From contig CACHLW010000004.1 in the NCBI GenBank assembly GCA_902580765.1, forward strand, positions 19,888-83,887: a DNA stretch of 64,000 nt, written 5' to 3'. A program made the translations under genes and the position numbers. The stretch is from an uncultured Alphaproteobacteria bacterium. Its GTDB lineage: Bacteria; Pseudomonadota; Alphaproteobacteria; HIMB59; GCA-002718135. The notes below the pieces were generated by a model. That model was not told where the DNA came from. It was given only the letters and a program-made list of their open reading frames with translations, and made no database searches. Positions 8,176-16,185 of the stretch are shown here, in pieces. Every line of letters starts with the position of its first letter. The stretch's first letter is position 1.

Positions 8176-9075
8176 ATGAGCACATTACCAGAAGATCTTA
8201 AAAGTAAAGCTTTAGAGACTCCCGACATACCAGCAGCAGTTGTGTGCCCCAATCAAGAAAGCATATTATCAGCTGTAATTGAAGGTAAGAATATGAACCT
8301 CATCGATCCAACATTGATTGGAAATAAAAGTTTAATTGCAGAAACAGCGAAAAAATTAAGTTTGGATATTTCTAATTTTAATATTGTAGAGGCTAAAGAT
8401 GAAGAGGATAGTGCTTCAATTGCTTGTCAAATGTCTAATGAAAATAAAAGTAAAATTATAATTAAAGGGAATCTTCATACTGATATTTTAATGCGCTCTT
8501 ATTTAAAAAAAGAATTTAATTTACTTGATGGTAGAAGATTAAGTCATATTTGGCATATGACTACACCGCAGCTTAAAAAACCTCTTTTTATTACTGATGG
8601 CGCCTTAAATGTTTTACCAAGAGTTGATATAAAATTACAAATTCTTAAAAATGCTGTTCAATTTTGTAATAAATTAAATATTAGTAAACCAAAAGTTGCA
8701 ATTTTATCAGGTACAGAAGATCCAATTGAAAGTATGCCAAGTTCAGTTGATGCCAAAAAAGTTATGGAACTTGCGTCAGAAGAAAAAATTAATGCATTTA
8801 TTCATGGACCGCTTGCTTTTGATAATGCTGTTTCTGAGGAAGCAGCGAAAATAAAAGGAATCAATAATGATGTTGCTGGTGATGCCGATGTATTATTAGT
8901 ACCTAATTTAGAAACTGGAAATTCTTTGTCTAAAATAATGGTTTATTTTATGAAGGCTTGTGCGGCAGGAATAGTAATTGGTGGTAAAGTACCAGTTGTA
9001 GTCCCTAGCAGAGCAGATAGTAAAAATTCTAAACTTGCATCAATTATGGCAGCTGTAGTTGCTGCAAATAAGTAA
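8176..9075 (+). CDS. pta: Phosphate acetyl/butyryl-transferase family protein (Pta-like, 299 aa)
   Basis: PTA_PTB-type segments AILSGTEDPIE and DVLLVPNLETGNSLSKI. It is divergent from the aminotransferase-ald operon. Xsc pathways need Pta to convert acetyl phosphate to acetyl-CoA. Confidence 0.65.
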   Translation: MSTLPEDLKSKALETPDIPAAVVCPNQESILSAVIEGKNMNLIDPTLIGNKSLIAETAKKLSLDISNFNIVEAKDEEDSASIACQMSNENKSKIIIKGNLHTDILMRSYLKKEFNLLDGRRLSHIWHMTTPQLKKPLFITDGALNVLPRVDIKLQILKNAVQFCNKLNISKPKVAILSGTEDPIESMPSSVDAKKVMELASEEKINAFIHGPLAFDNAVSEEAAKIKGINNDVAGDADVLLVPNLETGNSLSKIMVYFMKACAAGIVIGGKVPVVVPSRADSKNSKLASIMAAVVAANK

Positions 9076-9098
9076 TTAGAAAATAAATTTTAGCTCGA

Positions 9099-9956
9099 AT
9101 GCTTTTAAGACATTACTTCTTAATTTTAATAATCACTTTTTTATTTGGAAGTGCTTACCCTGTTCAGAAAGTTATTTTTAATGAAAATGTACCACCATTA
9201 TTAATGGGAAGTTTAAGAATGTTAGTGGTTTTCATATGCCTTTTGCCTTTTTGGCGATTTAGACTTCCTGAAAAAAAATACTGGCTACCACTTCTCTTTT
9301 TTTCAATTTCTATGGGTTTTTTGGCAAATGTTTTTATGACATTATCTTTAAATGAAGCAAACATAGTTTCTCCAATAATTATTGGTTCTCAACTGGCTGT
9401 ACCATTTGCAATACTATTAAGCTCATTTTTTTTAAAAGAAAAAGTAAGTATTAAAAAATGGATACTTATATTTATTTCTTTTTTTGGAATTATTTTATTG
9501 GGCTTTGATCCATTATTAAGAAATGAAATTTTTGCGTTAATCTTAATTACCTTAATGGCATTCTTCTATGCAAGTGCACAGGTATTTTCCAGATACCTAA
9601 AAGATTTAGAAGTCACACTCACAAATGCGGTGATGGGATTAATTGGATTTATATTATTAATTGTCTCATCATCAATATTTGAAGGACAAACATTAAATGA
9701 AATAAAAAATATTAGTTTTCAGTCATGGTTATTAATATTGCATTCAGGCATCTTTGTTTCAATCGCTGCTCACATGTCGATGTTCTATTTATATAGGATG
9801 TATCCTGTTAATAGAGTATTTCCATTTTACGCTTTATTTCCTGTATTTGGTGTGTTGTTAACATTTATAATTTTTTATGAAATACCAACTTTAATTACTT
9901 TTATTGGTGGTATGATTGTAATAGTAGCAACTTATTTTATAAATAAAGAAAATTAA
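9099..9956 (+). CDS. EamA/DMT-family membrane transporter
   Basis: 285 aa, about 10 hydrophobic segments, internally duplicated 5-TM architecture. Confidence 0.6.
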   Translation: MLLRHYFLILIITFLFGSAYPVQKVIFNENVPPLLMGSLRMLVVFICLLPFWRFRLPEKKYWLPLLFFSISMGFLANVFMTLSLNEANIVSPIIIGSQLAVPFAILLSSFFLKEKVSIKKWILIFISFFGIILLGFDPLLRNEIFALILITLMAFFYASAQVFSRYLKDLEVTLTNAVMGLIGFILLIVSSSIFEGQTLNEIKNISFQSWLLILHSGIFVSIAAHMSMFYLYRMYPVNRVFPFYALFPVFGVLLTFIIFYEIPTLITFIGGMIVIVATYFINKEN

Positions 9957-9963
9957 TTTTTGA

Positions 9964-10731
9964 TTATTTAGCTGTCCACCCTCCATCAATTACTAGGGAT
10001 GAACCAGTCATCATTGATGCGGCATCTGAAGCAAGATACACTACTGCACTAGCAATATCACTTTCTGTTGCTATTTTTCCTAAAGGTATGTTTTCAATAA
10101 CAGATTTTTTAAAACTTTTATCTTTGAAAAATTTTTTGACCATTGGGGTTTCCACAAATGTAGGACAAACGGAATTAACTCTAATGTTGTGCTTAGCCAA
10201 ATCAATAGCCATCCCTTTGGTAAGACCTTCAACACCAAACTTAGTCATATTATAAACACTTCTAAGAGGGGCTCCTACTTTACCTAACTGAGAAGAGATA
10301 TTTATTATTGATCCACCAATTTTTTTTCTATTTTTTGATTTAAGCATAACTTTTGTAGCTAATTGAGCAATATCGAATGATGCTTTAATATTAAGATCAA
10401 CCACATCACTCATATCTTTTCTTTTAATTTTGGTGAAATATTCAGGTCTATTTGTGCCAGCATTATTTACTAATATGTCTAATTTATTAATTTCAGAAAA
10501 TATTTTTTTTATTTCTTTTAAATTAGTTACATCACACACATAATAACTACATTTCTTTTTGAGTTTTTTAATTTTGCTTTGAACAATTAAAAGATCTTTC
10601 TCTGTACGACTAAGAATTATTACATTTGCGCCTGCTTCTGCTAATGCTATAGCACATGCTTTACCTATTCCTTTGCCTGACCCTGTCACAAGAGCAGTCT
10701 TATTTTTTACATTAAAATTTTTTAGAAACAT
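9964..10731 (-). CDS. Short-chain dehydrogenase/reductase (SDR)
   Basis: TGSGKGIGKA cofactor motif, NNAG, and a catalytic S...YNMTK (YxxxK). Confidence 0.85.
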   Translation of the reverse strand: MFLKNFNVKNKTALVTGSGKGIGKACAIALAEAGANVIILSRTEKDLLIVQSKIKKLKKKCSYYVCDVTNLKEIKKIFSEINKLDILVNNAGTNRPEYFTKIKRKDMSDVVDLNIKASFDIAQLATKVMLKSKNRKKIGGSIINISSQLGKVGAPLRSVYNMTKFGVEGLTKGMAIDLAKHNIRVNSVCPTFVETPMVKKFFKDKSFKKSVIENIPLGKIATESDIASAVVYLASDAASMMTGSSLVIDGGWTAK

Positions 10732-10744
10732 TTGATCTGATTAT

Positions 10745-11404
10745 TTACAATGAAAAAATAGATTGATCTAATAAATTCATTTTTTTAATACACATTTGAA
10801 AACTATCTTCTAAATGGTAATCACCTGGGAACCCAATGCATTTAATTCCAGCGTTTACAGCAGAATTACTACTTTCTTCAGTATCCTCTATTGCAAGACA
10901 ATCTTCTGGCTGTAAATTTAATTTATCTAATGTGACTTTGTATATTTCTGGATGTGGTTTTTCATTTTTAACAAATGATTTATTACCAATGAATTCAAAT
11001 TCTTCTTTTGAAATTTGACCAGAAAGACTTTCAAATACTGCATCGACATTATTTAAAGTTGTAGAAGTTGAGAAAGCAAGTTTAATATTATTATCTTTTG
11101 TATACTTAATTATTTCACCAACGCTCTTTCTTAATTTTTGTTTATTCTGAATAATGTACGAGCTAAAGATTTCTGTTTTTCTATTTCTAATTTGTGAAGC
11201 ATTTACATTAGTATTATTTTTTTCAGCAAAATCTTCTACCCTTTTTGTCCCACCAGATTTTTTTAACAAAATTTTATAATCTTGCTCATCCCAATACCAA
11301 TCAAGTCCAGCTTCTTTAAAAGCTTCATTAAATGAGTTACGTTGAATGTTAGAAGATTCAATTAGTGTCCCGATAGATCCAAATATAAGTGCTTTATATT
11401 TCAT
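10745..11404 (-). CDS. HAD-superfamily (beta-phosphoglucomutase-like) protein with degenerate motif I
   Basis: Motifs II-IV are recognisable (LAFSTST; KPHPEIY; AIEDTEESSNSAVNAGI). Motif I reads FGSIGTL instead of FDxDGTL. Confidence 0.7.
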   Translation of the reverse strand: MKYKALIFGSIGTLIESSNIQRNSFNEAFKEAGLDWYWDEQDYKILLKKSGGTKRVEDFAEKNNTNVNASQIRNRKTEIFSSYIIQNKQKLRKSVGEIIKYTKDNNIKLAFSTSTTLNNVDAVFESLSGQISKEEFEFIGNKSFVKNEKPHPEIYKVTLDKLNLQPEDCLAIEDTEESSNSAVNAGIKCIGFPGDYHLEDSFQMCIKKMNLLDQSIFSL

Positions 11405-11422
11405 AAGATTAGAAATTTATTA

Positions 11423-12304
11423 TTAACCTTTTACTGCTCCAGCAGTTAAACCACTTATTAATTGTCTTTGGAAAAACATGATTATCATAAAAAGTGGCGC
11501 AGTTGCTGAAACAACACTTGAGACGGCCCACATATAATTTCCACTATGTTCAATTGTGCCCAAATAAGCATTAATTTTAGGAACCATAGTATAATTCTGC
11601 TGATTTAAAAGAAGTGAAGTAACTGTAAAATCATTATAGGCTAACATCATACTGAATAAACCTGCTGTAACAACTCCAGGCCACATAACAGGCATTATAA
11701 CAAAGCGAAACGCTTGAAAATATGAACAGCCATCAATTAGTGCACTTTCATCTAACTCTTTAGGAACTGTTTTAAAGAAGGAATAAAGTAACCATAATGT
11801 AAAGGGTTGATTGATTGCAACTAAAACAATTATGGTAGTTGGAAGTATGCCCCAAACGTTCAATTGGAAGAAAGGAAACAGATAACCAGAAACTAATGTA
11901 ATGTGTGGCATCGCTCTAAAAATCAAGGCAGCTATTAAAATCCAAAAAGTATATTTGTATGTCGATCTAGATAAGGCATAAGCACCTAATGTTCCTAAAA
12001 ATAAAGAGATCGTAACAACTGAAACAGTGATAATAATTGTATTCATTGTTGCTTTCCAAAATTCACCTTCAGTCCAAGACTCTACATATGCCTTAACTGT
12101 AGAAGTATCTCCTGTTTCTATCAAAGTATTAACTCCTGTGACTGCAAACATCCAATCAGCTCTTGAGAAAAAGTCGGCTTTTACTTTAAATGATCCCCAA
12201 AAAGTCCATATAAAAGGAAACACAGAAATAATTAACCAAGCAAGAATAAAAAAACTATTTATTAAAATTAGTTGTTTTGAGTATCTGTTAATTTTTGATT
12301 CCAT
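11423..12304 (-). CDS. ABC transporter permease, CUT1 (MalG-like) type
   Basis: 293 aa multi-TM protein with an EAA-like loop (ELDESALIDGCSYFQAFRFVIMP). Confidence 0.85.
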   Translation of the reverse strand: MESKINRYSKQLILINSFFILAWLIISVFPFIWTFWGSFKVKADFFSRADWMFAVTGVNTLIETGDTSTVKAYVESWTEGEFWKATMNTIIITVSVVTISLFLGTLGAYALSRSTYKYTFWILIAALIFRAMPHITLVSGYLFPFFQLNVWGILPTTIIVLVAINQPFTLWLLYSFFKTVPKELDESALIDGCSYFQAFRFVIMPVMWPGVVTAGLFSMMLAYNDFTVTSLLLNQQNYTMVPKINAYLGTIEHSGNYMWAVSSVVSATAPLFMIIMFFQRQLISGLTAGAVKG

Positions 12305-12305
12305 A

Positions 12306-13334
12306 TTATCTTTCTGTCCTAAATTCTCTCCATGTTCTTATAAGTACTGGTGTTAATAGAATTGCTACACCAATAATAGTTAACATAGAAGTTGCTCCTG
12401 CAGACCCAAATAACATTTTGTTTTCACTTCTTAAGTCGTTATAAATCATCCAAGAAAGTGATTGAGCAACACCTTCAGCAGCGAACCCAATTATTGGCTC
12501 AAGAACCCTAAAATTATCCATTAGACAAATTAATATAATAAATGTTGCTACCGGATAAAGATGTGGAATAACAATGTGTCTGACTCTTTCATATCTTGAG
12601 GCGCCATCTATGATCGCTGCTTCAATTGGATCTTGAGGAACAGTTTGTAATGCAGCATAAAAGACAACAAAAGCAAATGGTGTATTGTGCCAGATCCCAT
12701 AAATAATCAGAGTAATCCAAGTCAATTGACTTGAAGACTTTAGAGATAGATTTGGATCATCAAATAAGAATTGAATGAATGAACCTAATATTCCTTTAGC
12801 ATCTATCATCCAAAATAAAACGAGAGACCCAATCAATGGTGTTACAATCATAGGCAGTATAACACCAAAAATGGTTGGGCCTTTTAAGCTTTTTGTAATT
12901 GTATTTACACTTAAAGCAACAATGAAACCTAAAACTACAACTGGTGGCGTAACTGCAAAACAAAATGTAAGTGTAAATAAAAGTGCTTTGTAAAAAGGTA
13001 AATTTAGTAAGATATCTGTAAACTCAGCTATAGATGAGGAATTAGTCCAAGCCTCTTTAATTTCATCAAAAGCTAAATGATTTCTATCGCCGTATGTTCC
13101 TAAACCATTAAATCTTCCAAGAGGTTGTTCTTCTTGTAATTTTGTAGTGGCCTCAATATCTACTTTAGTTTCAGTTTTACATCCAAATGGATCGCATTTT
13201 TCTACTTCCATTAAAATTTGTTCAGGTTCAATGTGAAGAGATTGAAAAAAACTTGAAATAATTGGAAGGCCAATAAATAATAGCATTGCCAATCCACTTG
13301 GAAAGAAGAACCAAAAAAATGTTCTGTGGGGCAT
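12306..13334 (-). CDS. ABC transporter permease, CUT1 (MalF-like) type
   Basis: 342 aa multi-TM protein with an EAA-like loop (PIEAAIIDGASRYERVRHIVIP). Confidence 0.85.
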   Translation of the reverse strand: MPHRTFFWFFFPSGLAMLLFIGLPIISSFFQSLHIEPEQILMEVEKCDPFGCKTETKVDIEATTKLQEEQPLGRFNGLGTYGDRNHLAFDEIKEAWTNSSSIAEFTDILLNLPFYKALLFTLTFCFAVTPPVVVLGFIVALSVNTITKSLKGPTIFGVILPMIVTPLIGSLVLFWMIDAKGILGSFIQFLFDDPNLSLKSSSQLTWITLIIYGIWHNTPFAFVVFYAALQTVPQDPIEAAIIDGASRYERVRHIVIPHLYPVATFIILICLMDNFRVLEPIIGFAAEGVAQSLSWMIYNDLRSENKMLFGSAGATSMLTIIGVAILLTPVLIRTWREFRTER

Positions 13335-13346
13335 CTATTTCTTGCT

Positions 13347-13380
13347 AAAAAAAAAGTGGAACATAATAATGTTCCACTTT
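13347..13380 (-). terminator. Hairpin plus T-run between the SBP gene and the permease genes (attenuator or terminator)
   Basis: On the minus strand: AAAGTGGAACAT-TATT-ATGTTCCACTTT followed by TTTTTTTTT. Confidence 0.7.
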
Positions 13381-13400
13381 ATCATAAATAATTATACGGT

Positions 13401-14636
13401 TTATAGAAAACCTTGCTCAGTAGCTTTTGCTACATAAGCAGCTTCTACATCCGCTAATGCTTTTTCAGCAGACTCATTTCCTTGAAGGAATTCAACAAGT
13501 TCTGTACTCAAAGCACCATGTAATAGACTCATGTATGGTAAGCTTGGATAAGGTGTTGCACCTCTGTTAGCAGCATCAACAACTGGTCCTGCTGTATCTC
13601 CAGGCGAATAACCATCAATCAACCAAATTGTTGCATTTGGATTAGCATTTGCCATTTCTGTTGAAGTTGCTGCACCTAAAAGAGCTCTAAAAGATGCTTC
13701 TGCATTTTCATCAGAAGTATTTGTTGCAATTCCAAATCCATCCCACCATAGAGTTGTTGCTGGTTTACTTCCACCACCTACAGATGGAGAAGGAGCTAAT
13801 CTAGTATCAGCTTTAATTGCTTGATCACCTTCATCATCTAACAATGAAGCTGCACCTGAATTCCAGATATGCATTAAAGCTACATTACCAGACTCCCATT
13901 CTTCTTTAACTGCATTTGTATCTTGAGTTAAGAAATCAGGGTTACTTACTTCTGTTAATCTTTTAAGCATGTTAAGAGCAGCTACACCTTTAGCGTTATT
14001 TACACTAACTTCAGCTGTTCCAGCTTTAAAGAAATCACCTCCATGACCAAGGTACATATTTACGAACTCTTGACCTAGGTTCCATCCAGATTTAAAAGCA
14101 CCAGCATATGGGTTAGCCATTTTACCAGAAGCTTTAATTTTTTCTGCAGCTGCAATTACTTCTTCATATGTTGAAGGAACTGCGATACCTAGATCATTAA
14201 GAATACTTTCTCTGTACCAAAGATGCTGAGCATTAGCCATGAATGCTATTGCATAGATCTTTCCATCAATCACGATTTTTTGATTGTCTTGTAATGCACT
14301 TCCGTATTTAGCAACTAAATCATCAAGTGGACGAATTAAGTTATCATTCATTAAAGTTGTAATTGAACCATTAGTTACAAGTTTAGCAGAGAATTCAGCT
14401 GGGTTAGCTGATAGGGCTGCAACTTGTAATTTATTATGATCAACGGAATGAGTGACAGAAAAATCTGCACTAGGTCCTGCACAACTTTTTACTTCATCCA
14501 TGAAAATTCTGTATGTTGTAAATTCGTTTGCTAGAATCTTTATTGATCCATCTGTTACTCCACAAGGTGAATGCCCGCCGGCATATGCACTTGTGCTAAC
14601 AAATGTGAACAATAGAGCTATTAATAGTTTTTTCAT
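13401..14636 (-). CDS. ABC transporter periplasmic substrate-binding protein, family 1 (sugar/polyol type)
   Basis: Signal peptide MKKLLIALLFTFVSTSAYA, 411 aa, first gene of the operon with the two CUT1 permeases. Confidence 0.8.
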   Translation of the reverse strand: MKKLLIALLFTFVSTSAYAGGHSPCGVTDGSIKILANEFTTYRIFMDEVKSCAGPSADFSVTHSVDHNKLQVAALSANPAEFSAKLVTNGSITTLMNDNLIRPLDDLVAKYGSALQDNQKIVIDGKIYAIAFMANAQHLWYRESILNDLGIAVPSTYEEVIAAAEKIKASGKMANPYAGAFKSGWNLGQEFVNMYLGHGGDFFKAGTAEVSVNNAKGVAALNMLKRLTEVSNPDFLTQDTNAVKEEWESGNVALMHIWNSGAASLLDDEGDQAIKADTRLAPSPSVGGGSKPATTLWWDGFGIATNTSDENAEASFRALLGAATSTEMANANPNATIWLIDGYSPGDTAGPVVDAANRGATPYPSLPYMSLLHGALSTELVEFLQGNESAEKALADVEAAYVAKATEQGFL

Positions 14637-14658
14637 ATATTTCCCCTTATTAATAAAG

Positions 14659-14671
14659 TGTGAAATTCACA
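14659..14671. promoter_or_regulatory. Palindrome TGTGAA-A-TTCACA 22 nt upstream of the SBP start codon; candidate operator
   Basis: 6-bp perfect arms around one central base, located in the SBP/lacI divergent intergenic region. Confidence 0.3.
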
Positions 14672-14727
14672 TTTAAGTATAAATCCTTTATATTGGTATT
14701 AGAAAATAATGCAATAATATGAATTGA

Positions 14728-14745
14728 TATTCAAGATTTTGAATA
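14728..14745. promoter_or_regulatory. Inverted repeat TATTCA-N6-TGAATA (copy 1); candidate LacI-family operator
   Basis: ATATTCAAGATTTTGAATAT, 20 nt upstream of the lacI-family ATG. The same motif recurs at 17375, 21557 and 21577. Confidence 0.55.
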
Positions 14746-14765
14746 TTGAAATGGGGGGATAATTC

Positions 14766-15764
14766 ATGAGTTTTAAAAAGACTGCGACATCACAGGACGT
14801 AGCAAAATTAGCAGGAGTATCCCAATCAGCAGTTTCCAGATGTTTTACTAAAGGTGCAAGCATTTCTAGCAGGACAAAGTTGAGAGTCTTGGAAGCAGCT
14901 AGAAAATTAAAATATAAAGCACCTAATATATCTTCTAATTCAGTATCTAATGATGATAGTGGATTAGTGGCTGTCATTTTACCTTACGTTACAAGTAGAT
15001 ATTATCCAGAAGTTTTAATTGAGTTACATGAAGCACTTAGGAATGGAGGCTTTAGAATTTTATTAATTACGACTGATGATGGTGAAGAATTAGATGAAAA
15101 ATTAATACAGCCATACTTAAAAGAAAAACTTATTGCAATAATATCAGCAACAAAACCTACTGAAAAATTTGTTGAAGATTGCAATCAAAAAAGAATACAG
15201 TTTATTGCCTATAATAGAAGTTGGAATATACCAACAATAAGTTCCGTTGCGTGTGATCATCGTAATGGAGGAGAAATAGTTGCAGAATATTTTACAAAGA
15301 AAAACCATGAAAATATTGGCCTCATTGAAGGGCCAAAAGGATCTTTTGTTAGCGATGAGCGATGCAAAGGTTTTAAAAATTATCTTAAAAAAAATAAAAA
15401 AATTAAATTAAATATTGAAAAAGGTTTTTTTACCTATGAAGGTGGATATCAAGCAACTGAAAAAATTTTTAATAAAAACATAAGTGCAATATTTTGCGCT
15501 GATGACACAATGGCATTTGGTTGTTTAGATTATATTAAAAAAAATACTTCATTAAAAACACCTTCTCAATTAGAAATTATTGGTTATGACGATATATCTA
15601 TGTCATCTTGGGAATCATATAACCTGACAACTGTGAGACAGCCTATTAGACAAATGTCAAAACTAGCAACTCAATTAATAAATGAATTTATTAAGGATCC
15701 AGATTTTGAACCTATAAATCATATTGTACAGGGAAGACTTATAAAAAGAAAAACTACAAAATAA
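14766..15764 (+). CDS. LacI-family transcriptional regulator
   Basis: N-terminal HTH ATSQDVAKLAGVSQSAVSRCF plus a periplasmic-binding-protein-like effector domain, 332 aa. Confidence 0.9.
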   Translation: MSFKKTATSQDVAKLAGVSQSAVSRCFTKGASISSRTKLRVLEAARKLKYKAPNISSNSVSNDDSGLVAVILPYVTSRYYPEVLIELHEALRNGGFRILLITTDDGEELDEKLIQPYLKEKLIAIISATKPTEKFVEDCNQKRIQFIAYNRSWNIPTISSVACDHRNGGEIVAEYFTKKNHENIGLIEGPKGSFVSDERCKGFKNYLKKNKKIKLNIEKGFFTYEGGYQATEKIFNKNISAIFCADDTMAFGCLDYIKKNTSLKTPSQLEIIGYDDISMSSWESYNLTTVRQPIRQMSKLATQLINEFIKDPDFEPINHIVQGRLIKRKTTK

Positions 15765-15765
15765 T

Positions 15766-16185
15766 TTACTTAAATTTTAATCCCATCTGTTCGAATACAC
15801 CATGATTATCTACCATAACGTAATTATCTAAAAACTTTCCGTCTTTAATGGTCCAAAAATCTGAAAATTGCATTTTGATAGATTTGCCTGTTGGCTCTAC
15901 TCCAAGATATTTTCCACTATGTGTGCCTGTTAGAAATCCCGTTGCACTAATCCACTCACCTTCAGCAACTACAATATCATTTTTTACATGATAATCTGGA
16001 AATGCTTCATAAAAAGGTTTTAGAACTTTATATTTAAAATTATCTATACCATGGATATCACCAAAACCTGGAGGACCATGCCAGACCATATCATCATGCC
16101 AGTACTTGTGTTGTGCTTCTAGATCTTGAGCATTAAGTGCGTCATACATATCAGCTAATAATTTTTTACTTTCATCTAAAGTCAT
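15766..16185 (-). CDS. Single-domain NTF2/SnoaL-like (predicted ester cyclase family) protein
   Basis: 139 aa. The W-x-DDMVWHGPPGFGDIHGIDNF segment matches the C-terminal domains of the 17429 and 21633 proteins. Its start overlaps the upstream gene by 4 nt (ATGA). Confidence 0.7.
   Translation of the reverse strand: MTLDESKKLLADMYDALNAQDLEAQHKYWHDDMVWHGPPGFGDIHGIDNFKYKVLKPFYEAFPDYHVKNDIVVAEGEWISATGFLTGTHSGKYLGVEPTGKSIKMQFSDFWTIKDGKFLDNYVMVDNHGVFEQMGLKFK

Noticed and set aside
14659-14671. TGTGA...TCACA read as a CRP/FNR-type site
   Set aside because: The half-sites are separated by 3 nt, not the 6 nt of CRP-family sites. I kept it only as a low-confidence generic operator candidate.
14699-14977. 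92-aa minus-strand ORF overlapping the lacI-family start
   Set aside because: It is antisense to the strongly supported HTH-encoding 5' end of the regulator gene and spans the promoter/operator region.
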